Shown here in pieces: positions 10,191 through 19,561 of a DNA stretch of 64,000 bases. Position numbers and translations under genes: made by a program. The notes beneath the pieces were generated by a model. That model saw only the letters and a list, made by a program, of their open reading frames with translations, made no database searches and was not told where the DNA came from. The stretch's first letter is position 1; each line of letters begins with the position of its first letter. Source of the stretch: Pseudomonadota bacterium (GTDB lineage Bacteria; Myxococcota; JACRCW01; JAFGSX01); contig JBDRCO010000051.1 of assembly GCA_043821645.1 (NCBI GenBank), positions 128,001-192,000 on the forward strand, read 5' to 3'.

Positions 10191-10766
10191 GTGCGCATCC
10201 TCGGCGTCGATCCTGGTTCCCTGCACACCGGCTACGGCGTCATCGACGTGGCCCAGGGCAGCGTGGTCCCTGTTGATGCCGGGGTGATTGCCCCCCCCGC
10301 CGGTCTGGAGCTGGTGGACAGGTTGACCTTCATCGCCAGCCAGCTCGCCGAGGTGGCCCGCGCGGCTGCGCCCGACGTGGTGGCCATCGAGAACATCTTC
10401 ACCGCCCGCTCGCCCCGCTCGGCCCTGGTCCTGGGCCAGGCCCGGGGTGCCGCGATGGTGGCGGTCGGCAGCCTGGGCGTGCCCGTGGTCGAGGTGGCAC
10501 CGAGCCGGGTCAAGTCCCTGGTGGCGGGCCACGGCCGCGCCGGCAAAACCCAGGTGGCGCGCGCCGTGCGTCAGATATTGCATCTCGAGGGCAAGCTCCC
10601 GGTCGACGCCTCGGACGCCCTGGCCATCGCCCTCAGCGTTGCCTTTCACCTGCCCGGCCCAGGCGCCACCCTGCCCCGAGTCCGCGTGCGCAAGCAAAGT
10701 GCCCGCGAGGCCTGGAACCAGGAGCTGCGCTCGAAGCTGCCCGGCCGCGGACGCCCCCGACCATGA
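10191..10766 (+). CDS. ruvC: Holliday junction resolvase RuvC
   Basis: ILGVDPG, LGQARG and DASDALAIA motifs. Follows yebC. Confidence 0.95.
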   Translation: MRILGVDPGSLHTGYGVIDVAQGSVVPVDAGVIAPPAGLELVDRLTFIASQLAEVARAAAPDVVAIENIFTARSPRSALVLGQARGAAMVAVGSLGVPVVEVAPSRVKSLVAGHGRAGKTQVARAVRQILHLEGKLPVDASDALAIALSVAFHLPGPGATLPRVRVRKQSAREAWNQELRSKLPGRGRPRP

Positions 10767-11353
10767 TCGCCCTGCTCAGCGGCGTGCTCGTCGACAAGAG
10801 CCTGGAGAGCGCGGTGGTTGACGCCGGGGGCGTGGGCTACGAGCTGTTCATGCCCCTGCCCGACCTGGCCGCCCTAGGCGCCGTGGGCAACAAGATCACG
10901 GTGCACGTGCACACCCACGTGCGCGAGGACGCGCTCAAGCTCTTCGGCTTCAGGGACAGGCACCACAAGCAGGTGTTCGAACGCCTGATCAACGTCACCG
11001 GTGTGGGCCCCAAGCTGGCCCTGGCACTGCTCTCGGGCATAGACCTCGACGAGCTGGGGCGCGCCGTGGCGACCAAGGATGCGACGCGCCTGAGCAAGAT
11101 CCCGGGCATAGGCAAGAAGACTGCCGAGCGATTGTGCCTGGAGCTGCAGGACAAGCTGGAGATCCCCGCCGGGCCCGCGACCAGCGTGGCCGAGGCCATC
11201 GACCTGCACCTGGTGGCCGCCCTCGAGAGTCTGGGCTACAAGCGCCTGCACGCCGAGGACGTGGCTCGCAACCTCGATGCCCAGGTGAAGGCGGGCACGC
11301 CGCTCGAGGACCTGGTGCGCGAGGCGCTCAAGCGCCTGCAGGGTATGAAGTGA
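10763..11353 (+). CDS. ruvA: Holliday junction branch-migration protein RuvA
   Basis: GGVGY, HVRED, HhH motifs VTGVGPKLA and IPGIGKKTAER. ATGA overlap with ruvC. Confidence 0.96.
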   Translation: MIALLSGVLVDKSLESAVVDAGGVGYELFMPLPDLAALGAVGNKITVHVHTHVREDALKLFGFRDRHHKQVFERLINVTGVGPKLALALLSGIDLDELGRAVATKDATRLSKIPGIGKKTAERLCLELQDKLEIPAGPATSVAEAIDLHLVAALESLGYKRLHAEDVARNLDAQVKAGTPLEDLVREALKRLQGMK

Positions 11354-11370
11354 CGACGGAGGGAGAAGCG

Positions 11371-12144
11371 ATGTCTCGAATCTTGTACCCGAGTATTCTG
11401 ATGCTTGCGCTCACCAGCAGTGCGTGCATGGCCGGCCTAGTCAACGAGGAGTTCCGGCGCATGGCCGATGAGATCAAGGCCAGGCCTCCACAGCTCGAGG
11501 TGCTGGACATGAGCCAGCTGGCCTCGGTCAAGCGCGTGGCGGTGATGCCCTTTCGCAACCTGGCCTTTGGCACCGAGGGCCCCATGGAGGTCTACCGCGG
11601 TGACGGCCTGATGGCGGGCCGCGTGTTCTTTGCCCACAACGGCATCGAGGAACTCATCGCCGAGCGCTTCGAGGAGCTGCTGCTCAAGGACAGGGCGGTC
11701 GAGGTGGTCGAGCGCTGCCGCATCGCCGCGGTGCTGCACGAGCAGGAACTGGCGCAGAGTGGCGTCGTCAAGAGCGAGATGATGCCCGAGATGGTGGCGG
11801 CCAGTGCCGGCGCCGACGCGGTGCTGCTGGGCACCATCACCATGGAGATGATCTACATGCCCGACAGTCCGGATCTGATGTCGATGGGCATGTTTGCCAT
11901 TCATGTCCGGCTGGTCGACGCCCGCGACGGCAAGATCCTGGCTTTTGGCCGCGACAGCTTCAGCAACGTCGAGCGCAACATCAACGACGAGCAGATGATC
12001 AGCGAACTGTCTGCACGGCTGGCGGCCAGTCTGTCCGCGGCCATCGCCGAGGCGCACAAGACCTATCCCGAGGCAGTCAGGCCTGCGGCCATGCCTTACA
12101 TGCAGGCGCCAGTGGCGGTTCCTGAGACCAGCAAGGGACCGTGA
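11371..12144 (+). CDS. Lipoprotein with a CsgG/LpoB-like fold
   Basis: Lipobox LTSSAC. RVAVMPFRN, VEVVER..I..VL.EQ.L..SG, GADAVLLGTI and RLVDARDGKI patterns typical of the CsgG/FlgO/LpoB superfamily. Confidence 0.65.
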   Translation: MSRILYPSILMLALTSSACMAGLVNEEFRRMADEIKARPPQLEVLDMSQLASVKRVAVMPFRNLAFGTEGPMEVYRGDGLMAGRVFFAHNGIEELIAERFEELLLKDRAVEVVERCRIAAVLHEQELAQSGVVKSEMMPEMVAASAGADAVLLGTITMEMIYMPDSPDLMSMGMFAIHVRLVDARDGKILAFGRDSFSNVERNINDEQMISELSARLAASLSAAIAEAHKTYPEAVRPAAMPYMQAPVAVPETSKGP

Positions 12145-12347
12145 ACCGTTCAACACTGACGGTATAGCTCTTCATCCCCAACGTCGTCATGGTTGGGTTT
12201 GACGGACACTTACGACGAGATCGTGCGTGCGCCTGAATGATCAACTGCTAAACTGAATTTCACTCCTCGTCCTCAGATCACGACGGACAGGCAGCGCGCA
12301 GCGAGCTCTCGTTGCGCCAGGGTAAACCAGGGTCCGGAGGTTGTTCG

Positions 12348-13049
12348 ATGCTGACGAAGCTCATCGCAGGCATGCTCGGCGCGGCGGCTGTGGCCGCGGC
12401 CACCACCTTTGTCGTGCTCAGATCCAGTGCCGGTGACGACGGAAATCTCGCCGGCGCCGTGGTGCAGGTCGAGCCTGTCACTCCTGCGAAGACCGACGAC
12501 AGTGGCGCCATGAAGCAGTCGATCGCCATCAAGGGACACTGGCAGATCGAGGTCCGGAATCCGGATGGGACCGTCACCCAGCGGCGGGAGTTCGACAATG
12601 CGTTTGTCGGTGCCCTTTCGATGCAGGAACTCATGCAGCGCCAGAATGTCATAGGGGCCTGGCATATTTCGCTGTACGGAGTCGGCGCAAATCCTGCCAG
12701 TGCCTGCATGGCAACTAATCCCGAACCTTGCGTCATCCGAGAACCCCAACCGCCGGCACAGGAAGACACGAGGTACTCGTTCAACCTCAGCCTGACTCCA
12801 TCGACATCTGGTGTGAGATTCAGCGGAAGCAAGGTGGCATCGAGGGACGGCGTCGTTGGCCGCGTTGACCTCGGGTACACCGCCTGCCCCGGAAACAACT
12901 CTCCGGAAAGCTGCGCCGCCTGGAATGTGGTGCAGATGGAGTCTAAGGCTTTCACCGCGCATGCACTAACAGCAGGGCAGGAGATCTCCCTCATCACCGG
13001 ACAACAGATCCTGGTCAGCGTGGAGGTCTCCTTTCTCCCCGCGAACTAG
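12348..13049 (+). CDS. Hypothetical exported beta-rich protein
   Basis: GGAGG SD, N-terminal hydrophobic anchor, motif IKGHWQIEVRNPDGTVTQRREFDN, two Cys pairs. Confidence 0.65.
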   Translation: MLTKLIAGMLGAAAVAAATTFVVLRSSAGDDGNLAGAVVQVEPVTPAKTDDSGAMKQSIAIKGHWQIEVRNPDGTVTQRREFDNAFVGALSMQELMQRQNVIGAWHISLYGVGANPASACMATNPEPCVIREPQPPAQEDTRYSFNLSLTPSTSGVRFSGSKVASRDGVVGRVDLGYTACPGNNSPESCAAWNVVQMESKAFTAHALTAGQEISLITGQQILVSVEVSFLPAN

Positions 13050-13115
13050 CACAGAGCTGCCTCTTTGGGGTGATGTGTTGAGCGGTGCACCGCAGACAGG
13101 TCGTCGAGCATTGAC

Positions 13116-16100
13116 ATGAAGCGTCCTGCTTTTCTGATCCTGATGGCCTCCGCAGTCATCATCTCGGAGCGCTCAGCCCACGCCGGCCAGTGCGGCGCCA
13201 CCTGCTCGACGGTGTGCCCCGAGGGTAGCTGCGACTACCTGTCGCCGGACGCGTGCGAGGACAGCATCGCCGACGGCTCGACCTGCCTGGTGCTCGGCGG
13301 CGTGTACCACGAGACGGTCAGCTACCAGGCCGGCAACCTCAAGAGCAATCTGACCTTCGAGTGCGAGGACCCCATCAACGCCCCCTGCGTCATCGACGGT
13401 GACGGGCTCCGCAGCTATGGCTTCTACGGCTACAACGGCTGGGTGATCGACGGGTTCGAGATCCGGAACGTCCTGGCGGACGGGATCTCCTCGATCCCCT
13501 CCCGCTACGTCGCAGCGGTTCGGAACTGTTACGTGCACGACGTGGGCGGGCGGGGCATTGATGCCGTCGACGTGGGCACCGCAGGTGTCGACGCGGTCAT
13601 CGAGTTCAACCGGGTCGAGCACACGGGCAATCACGGCATCATCTGCCCGGCCTTCACCTCGGATCATCTGGTGCGCAACAACGTGGTGTTCAACGCCGCC
13701 ATCTTCGGCGGCAACGGCATCACCTGCGGCACCAGCTACACCGCCTGCAACAACGCGCGCGTCGAGCACAACACCGTGGTCCTCGCCGACAACACGGCCC
13801 CCTACGGCGCCGCGCCCAACGGCATCGTCGCCTGCATCGCGCGCTACAACATTGTGGTGGGCGGCAACACCAGCATCAGCACCAATGGCACCGGCGCCGA
13901 GAGCGCCTACAACCTGGTTCACGGCTGGGTCAGCGCAGCGTATGCAGGCACCGCCGTCAGCACGGGCGATCGGACCGGCGACCCGCTGTTTGTGAGCCGC
14001 GAGGACCTGCACCCGCAGGCCGGTTCGCCGGCCGTCAACGCCGCGTTGTCTTCAACAGAGTCCGTGGACTTCGAGGGCGTGGCGCGGCAGGGCGTACCCG
14101 ACATCGGCGCCCTCGAGTACAGCGGAAGCCACGTCGAGGATCCCGGCCACTGGCCCGTGCGCGAGCAGGTGGCGACGACACCGACCCTGGCGGCCGCGCC
14201 CTCCCTCGTCATGGTGCCCGGGCAGGGCCCGGCCATGCTGTACTTCAACAACCGCGCAGGAGCCTGCGACCTGGTCTACGCCGAGCGCCGCAACGACGGC
14301 AGCTGGACCCAGGAGACGGTCAAGAGCGGCGCCCAGATGCAGGACTACAACAACACCAACTGGGCCCTGCAGCCGACGGACCTGGCCATCGATCCTGCCA
14401 CGGGGCGACCGGCGGCGGTGTGGATAGAGCAGGTCGGGACCACGCGCTACCTGCGCTTCGCCCGCTTCCTGGGACCTGGCTGCCCCACGGGCGACTGCAC
14501 CAGCAACCGCTGGCGAGGTTGCACCGCGCCGACCATCCTGGCTGCAAGCGCCTACACGGGAAGCGTGACCCTGGCCTTTCACCCGACCTTGCACTACCCG
14601 GCGGTCGCCCTCTCGTACGAGGGCAGCGGCGGAGTCTACCGGGTTTACTACTGGGACTATGCCGACGGCAGCAGCTGGCAAGCCGCCACGGTCGAGCAGA
14701 ACCTGACCGGCACGCACTTTTTGGGGCGCGGAATAGATCTGAGCTTCAACCCGGCCACGGGCGAGCCCGAGGTTGCGTACACCCGCATCGCCAAGACGCC
14801 CAGCAACGGTACGGGTGAAGTCGTCGTCGCCAGCCGGTCCACGGGGACCTTCACGCCCCTCACCGTGGCCCTGGATGCCAACTTCCCCTCGGCGTCAGGG
14901 GTCTACAACACCGTCGCCATGGCGCACTGGTCCAATGGCGACCTCGCGGTGGTCTACTCCGCGCGCCAGCCCAACAACGACGCGGCCATCGGTTACATGG
15001 AGCGCAGGACGGGCGTCTGGAGCTCGTCGGTGGCACCCGCCCTGGGGCACGATGCCTATGTCAGCACCAGCTACCTGGGTCTGGACCTGGTGCTCGACGC
15101 GGACGGAGAGCCCGCCCTGGCTTCGGCCCTTGGCAACATCGTGCGGGTCAGCCGACGCACGGGTGGTGACTGGAGCTGGGGCGCCGTGGACGTGCGGCGA
15201 GAGACCGGCAACTGGGTGGACATCGCCGTCGGCGACGGTGGCGAGCTCATGGTCGGGCACCAGCGCAACAATGTCAGCCGCAGTGTCGAGTTCTCGGCCG
15301 AGAGCGATCCCGGCGGCATTGGTCCTGCGGCGCCGGCCACTTGTGGAGGCGGCGATCTCTGTGCAACAGCGGCCTGTGACCCCCAGCTAGGCTGCGTGCT
15401 CGCACCGGTGGATTGCGACGACAGCGATGCCTGCACGACCGATCGCTGCGCGCCCTCGCAGGGCTGCCTCAACGTTGCCATGACCTGCGACGATGGCGAT
15501 GCATGCACCCTCGATGGATGCGATCCGGCCACGGGCTGCACCTCGGTCGCGCTGGACTGCAATGACAGCGACGCCTGCACCACGGACCGCTGTGCGCCCG
15601 GGACAGGATGCGTCAACGTGGCCATCACCTGCGACGATGCCGACGCTTGCACCGACGACAGCTGCGACCCTGCAACGGGTTGCGCCTCGGCGGCCAGGGA
15701 CTGTGCGGACAGCGACCCGTGCACCGTGGACAGCTGCGATCCGGGCTCAGGCTGCCTGCACAGCTTCGTGGACTGCGACGACGGCGACGCCTGCACCGTG
15801 GATGCCTGTGACGGTTCGGGCGGCTGCACGCACACGCCCCTGAACTGCGACGACAGCGACGCCTGCACCATGGACAGCTGCGACGTGGCCACCGGCTGCG
15901 CCAACGTGCCCGTGGTCTGCGACGACGCCGAGTTCTGCACCGACGACAGCTGCGACACTGTGCTCGGCTGCCAGTTCGTCGACAACATCCTGAGCTGCGA
16001 CGACGGCAATGCCACCACCGTCGGCGACGTCTGCCTGGCTGGATTCTGCAGCGGCTTCCCGGCCCAGGTCGTGATCCCGACCATCGTCGAGTCCATCGCG

Positions 16101-16508
16101 GTCAGCGACACACCCACCGTGACGCCACCTGCGATCATCGCCATCACCGAGACCGTCGCGGTCAGCGACACACCCACCGTGACACCACCTGCAGTCATCC
16201 ACATCACCGAGACCGTCGCGGTGCAGGACAGTCCGACCCTGATCGCTGGCACGCTGCCTGACGCCGGCTTGCCGGACGTGGCGGGGCTGGAGCTGCAGCT
16301 CCCCGACCTCGGCGGCTACGACCGCACCACGCGCACCGACGCGGGTTCGGGACGCGACAGCGGCAACGCTCGTGTCAGCCCCCCTGCCGAAGAGGAGAAG
16401 CCGGGCTGCGGCGGCGATGGCTGCCGCGCCAGCACTCCGGCCCCGTCGCTGTTCGGGATCCTGATCGTCGTGGGCGGACTGCTGCGTCGGCGCCGGACTG
16501 CTCGCTAG
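13116..16508 (+). CDS. Large surface protein: parallel beta-helix, propeller-like region, Cys-rich repeats and MYXO-CTERM-like tail
   Basis: Signal peptide. Beta-helix-like repeats ending DLHPQAGSPAVNA...PDIGALEY. Nine 24-aa CDDxDACTxDxCDPxxGC repeats. C-terminus GCGGDGC-TM-RRRR. Confidence 0.85.
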   Translation: MKRPAFLILMASAVIISERSAHAGQCGATCSTVCPEGSCDYLSPDACEDSIADGSTCLVLGGVYHETVSYQAGNLKSNLTFECEDPINAPCVIDGDGLRSYGFYGYNGWVIDGFEIRNVLADGISSIPSRYVAAVRNCYVHDVGGRGIDAVDVGTAGVDAVIEFNRVEHTGNHGIICPAFTSDHLVRNNVVFNAAIFGGNGITCGTSYTACNNARVEHNTVVLADNTAPYGAAPNGIVACIARYNIVVGGNTSISTNGTGAESAYNLVHGWVSAAYAGTAVSTGDRTGDPLFVSREDLHPQAGSPAVNAALSSTESVDFEGVARQGVPDIGALEYSGSHVEDPGHWPVREQVATTPTLAAAPSLVMVPGQGPAMLYFNNRAGACDLVYAERRNDGSWTQETVKSGAQMQDYNNTNWALQPTDLAIDPATGRPAAVWIEQVGTTRYLRFARFLGPGCPTGDCTSNRWRGCTAPTILAASAYTGSVTLAFHPTLHYPAVALSYEGSGGVYRVYYWDYADGSSWQAATVEQNLTGTHFLGRGIDLSFNPATGEPEVAYTRIAKTPSNGTGEVVVASRSTGTFTPLTVALDANFPSASGVYNTVAMAHWSNGDLAVVYSARQPNNDAAIGYMERRTGVWSSSVAPALGHDAYVSTSYLGLDLVLDADGEPALASALGNIVRVSRRTGGDWSWGAVDVRRETGNWVDIAVGDGGELMVGHQRNNVSRSVEFSAESDPGGIGPAAPATCGGGDLCATAACDPQLGCVLAPVDCDDSDACTTDRCAPSQGCLNVAMTCDDGDACTLDGCDPATGCTSVALDCNDSDACTTDRCAPGTGCVNVAITCDDADACTDDSCDPATGCASAARDCADSDPCTVDSCDPGSGCLHSFVDCDDGDACTVDACDGSGGCTHTPLNCDDSDACTMDSCDVATGCANVPVVCDDAEFCTDDSCDTVLGCQFVDNILSCDDGNATTVGDVCLAGFCSGFPAQVVIPTIVESIAVSDTPTVTPPAIIAITETVAVSDTPTVTPPAVIHITETVAVQDSPTLIAGTLPDAGLPDVAGLELQLPDLGGYDRTTRTDAGSGRDSGNARVSPPAEEEKPGCGGDGCRASTPAPSLFGILIVVGGLLRRRRTAR
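15342..16050 (+). repeat. Coding tandem repeats, 72-bp/24-aa period (Dictyostelium-type Cys-rich repeat)
   Basis: Nine full and one partial CDDxDACTxDxCDPxxGC units in the translation. Confidence 0.85.
16081..16240 (+). repeat. Coding tandem repeat, 60-bp/20-aa period (ITETVAVSDTPTVTPPA)
   Basis: Near-identical DNA units at 16081, 16141 and 16201 (partial). Confidence 0.9.
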
Positions 16509-17236
16509 GCCAGGTCCGCCGCTGCGACCAGCTCCCCGATGAGCGCTGTGCACGCCTGCGCTCTCAACTGCAGCAGCATGTGGGGAGCGCCCGGCAGCAT
16601 CTCGATGCGCGTCGCAGGGTGGAGCTGACGGATCAGCTCGGCATGGCGAGCACAGGGCACGATGCGATCGGCGGTACCACCGAGGTAGCCGACGGGAATC
16701 GTGAGTTCCCGCAGCGCCTCGCGCTGATCCACGCGGGCCGTGATGCCCAATCGATGCGCCAGCACGGCAGACGCCCGGTGGTCGTTGACGGCGACGAGCT
16801 GCTGCATCAGCCGAGCATCCGTGCCCCGCTCTGCAAGCAGGTAGCCCAGCACCACGCGCAGCAGGGCGGGCGGCCAGGGGATGGAGGTCACGGCCCGGTG
16901 CAGGGGCCGGATCAGGCCCGTGTTCCACGACGGGCGAGTGACGAAGGTGGCGACCAGACACAGCGCCTTCACGAGATCAGGTCTGGCCCTGGCCACGGCC
17001 ACGCTGACGGGCCCCCCGAAGCTCTCACCCACGAGGATGAGCGGTCGCGCGACGCCATCCACCACGGTCAACACGTCTTCGATGTGGGCCTCGAAGCTCT
17101 GCAGGCCGGGTCGGTAGCGAACGATGTGGGGTGCATAGCCCGGTCCCAGGGCCTGGATCACCGGCTCGAACAGGGTCCCGGTGCCGTCGAGGCCTGGCAC
17201 CAGCACCACGTCGAGAGTTGAGCGATGTAGCACCAT
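16505..17236 (-). CDS. Alpha/beta hydrolase
   Basis: PGLDGTG, nucleophile elbow GESFGG, DRIVP and APHM. Confidence 0.9.
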   Translation of the reverse strand: MVLHRSTLDVVLVPGLDGTGTLFEPVIQALGPGYAPHIVRYRPGLQSFEAHIEDVLTVVDGVARPLILVGESFGGPVSVAVARARPDLVKALCLVATFVTRPSWNTGLIRPLHRAVTSIPWPPALLRVVLGYLLAERGTDARLMQQLVAVNDHRASAVLAHRLGITARVDQREALRELTIPVGYLGGTADRIVPCARHAELIRQLHPATRIEMLPGAPHMLLQLRAQACTALIGELVAAADLA

Positions 17237-17294
17237 GGCCTCTTTAATAAAACGACCGGGAGCACGCGGTCACGATCCCGCATGTACCTAAAAT

Positions 17295-17323
17295 TGGACA
17301 ACAAAAAACACCGGGCTTAGGCT
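17295..17323 (+). promoter_or_regulatory. Sigma70-like promoter of the Hsp70 gene
   Basis: TGGACA-17 nt-TAGGCT in an AT-rich divergent intergenic region. Confidence 0.45.
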
Positions 17324-17339
17324 GAACCAGGGGTGCACC

Positions 17340-19037
17340 ATGCCTGCCGACACCACCGACAGCATCTACACCGACCTGCGCGCCCAGCTGCGCTTGCCCG
17401 GCCTGGACCCGGAGTTCAAGCCCAAGCGCGAGGGCCCCATCGTCGGCATTGACCTGGGCACCACCAATTCCTGCGTCTCGGTCGTGCGCGGCGACAAGCC
17501 CATGGTCATCTCGTCGCGGCAGGGTACCTCGACCATCCCCTCGGTGGTGGCGGTGAGCGACAAGGGCAAGCTGCTGGTCGGCCAGCCTGCCCGCGAGCTC
17601 ATGATCCTGAACCCCACCAACACCGTGTATGGCAGCAAGCGCCTGGTGGGCCGTCCCTTCGACTCACCCCTGGTGGGTGAGGTGAAGCTGCGTACCCACT
17701 ACAACGTGGTCGCGGGGCCAGATGGCCAGGCCGCGGTGAAGCTCGGCGAGGAGATCCTGACCCTCGAGGAGGTGGCCGCCCTGATCCTGCGCGAAGCCCG
17801 GGAGCTGGCCGAGGAGCACCTCCATCGCTCGGTACACAGGGCCGTCATCACCTGCCCCGCCTTTTACAACGAGCACCAGCGAGCAGCCGTGCGCCGCGCC
17901 GGGCACCTGGCGGGCTTTCACGTCGAGCGCGTGCTCAATGAGCCCACGGCCGCGGCCCTGGCCTTCGGCTACGGCAAGGGACTCAAGCGCCGGGTCGCCA
18001 TCTTCGACCTGGGAGGGGGCACCTTCGACGCCACGGTGCTCGCCGTCGACGGGGACAGCTTCGAGGTTCAGGCCACGGGAGGCGACACCTTCCTGGGCGG
18101 CGTCGACTTCGACCACCAGATCGTGGATCTGCTGCTCAAGGCCTTCAAGCAGCAGCACGGCGTGTTCTTCAAGGGCGACCGGGTGGCCGTGCAGCGCATC
18201 CGTGACGCTGCCGAGACCGCCAAGCAGGCGCTGGGCGAATACACCAAGTACCACCTGCAGCTGCCCCACCTCACCACCATCGACGACAAGCCCTATGACC
18301 TGACCGCGGACATCTCGCGCGAGCAGGTCAACGAGGTGTGCTCGCCCCTGGTCGAGCGCTGCATCCAGATCTTCGAGAACGTGCTCGAACAGGCGGGTAT
18401 TGGCCCCAAGCAGGTCGACGACGTCATCCTCGTCGGCGGCTCGACCCGCATGCTGCAGGTGCAGGAACGACTCAAGCGTTTCTTTGGCAAGGATCCCAAC
18501 AAGGGCGTGCACCCGGACGAGGCAGTGGCTGTGGGCGCAGCCCTGCTGGCTCGTGCGCTGGAACAAAGCGCGGGTATCCGACTGGTCGACGTCAACCCCA
18601 TGACCATTGGCGTGGGCCTGGCCAGCGGACGATTTCATGGTGTGTTGCCTCGCAACCAAGCGCTGCCTTGCGAGAAGACCTACGTCATCGCCACCAGCGC
18701 GCGCAACCAGCGCAGCCTCGACGTGCAGATCTACCAGGGCGAGTCCCCCGAGACGGCCAAGAACGAGCACCTGGGTACGCTGCTGGTCGACGGCTTGCCC
18801 AAGGGACCCAAGGGCACGGTCAAGGTCGAAGTGTCCTTCAAGCTGTCTGGAGAGTGCGTGCTCAGCGTCGGTGCGCGTGAGCTATCGCGAAAAACCGAGG
18901 TGCACGCGACCATGGCAACCAAGGGGACACCGGTCGCCGTGACCAAGCGCCTCAGCAAGGGGCCGCGTGTCACCGGCACCGTGGCCAGGGTGAAGCCGGG
19001 ACTGTGGAACAGGATCAAGAGCTGGTTCGGCCGCTGA
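17340..19037 (+). CDS. Hsp70/DnaK-family protein lacking the C-terminal helical lid
   Basis: GIDLGTTNS, NEPTAAAL, DLGGGTFD, VGGSTR and PDEAVA motifs. Ends shortly after the beta substrate-binding domain. Confidence 0.92.
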   Translation: MPADTTDSIYTDLRAQLRLPGLDPEFKPKREGPIVGIDLGTTNSCVSVVRGDKPMVISSRQGTSTIPSVVAVSDKGKLLVGQPARELMILNPTNTVYGSKRLVGRPFDSPLVGEVKLRTHYNVVAGPDGQAAVKLGEEILTLEEVAALILREARELAEEHLHRSVHRAVITCPAFYNEHQRAAVRRAGHLAGFHVERVLNEPTAAALAFGYGKGLKRRVAIFDLGGGTFDATVLAVDGDSFEVQATGGDTFLGGVDFDHQIVDLLLKAFKQQHGVFFKGDRVAVQRIRDAAETAKQALGEYTKYHLQLPHLTTIDDKPYDLTADISREQVNEVCSPLVERCIQIFENVLEQAGIGPKQVDDVILVGGSTRMLQVQERLKRFFGKDPNKGVHPDEAVAVGAALLARALEQSAGIRLVDVNPMTIGVGLASGRFHGVLPRNQALPCEKTYVIATSARNQRSLDVQIYQGESPETAKNEHLGTLLVDGLPKGPKGTVKVEVSFKLSGECVLSVGARELSRKTEVHATMATKGTPVAVTKRLSKGPRVTGTVARVKPGLWNRIKSWFGR

Positions 19038-19340
19038 TCAACCGCAACCGGGCTCACCATGGATGCGGCTGACGTAGAAACCCGAACCCCAGCCGCTGTC
19101 GACGTGGTCCACGCGCACACCGCCACGACTGAGCACGTAGGGCTCCTCATTGCTGGCGATGACCATGCGCAGGCCATTCATGTCGTGTGTGATGTCTCCG
19201 TCTCGCAGCTCGTCCAGAGCTAGCCCCAGGCGGGGCCCGCCTCAGCCATAGCCCGCGATGAAGATGCGGTAGATCTGCTCGGGTTGCTGTTGCACCATCT
19301 CCTGCAGCTTGGTCCTGGCTCGCTCCGTCAGCTCGATCAT
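19038..19340 (-). CDS. HesB/IscA-like selenoprotein (Sec at codon 33), 100 aa
   Basis: GGGAGG SD and ATG at 19340. MIELTERARTKLQEMVQQQPEQIYRIFIAGYG-U-GGPRLGLALDELRDGD...GFYVSRIHGEPGCG*. In-frame TGA at 19244-19242 at the HesB Cys position. SECIS-like hairpin at 19205-19224. Confidence 0.88.
19205..19224 (-). promoter_or_regulatory. Candidate bacterial SECIS of the HesB-like gene
   Basis: GC(U)AGCUC-UGGAC-GAGCUGC. Loop begins 26 nt after UGA, with G at loop position 2 and a bulged U. Confidence 0.6.
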
Positions 19341-19561
19341 GACTGCCTCCCGCTCGACATATTACTCCATCTCGGTGGAGCCCGCAGGCGGGCAATGGGT
19401 TCGGGGCGTGCTCGACAGCGCCAGCCACAGGGGAGCACCATCACACACTCCATCCTGAGGCTTTGCACAGTCAGTGTGCCTCGCGCGAGCGGGTGAAATC
19501 TCCAGGAACTCCGACTTTGCGACTGGTATTATTGGTGGTCGAGAACGGTCGCGGAGGAGCA

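Noticed and set aside
12150-12270. Riboswitch in the lower-GC intergenic region (short hairpin CCCAAC/GTTGGG)
   Set aside because: Only short stems and no recognisable aptamer consensus.
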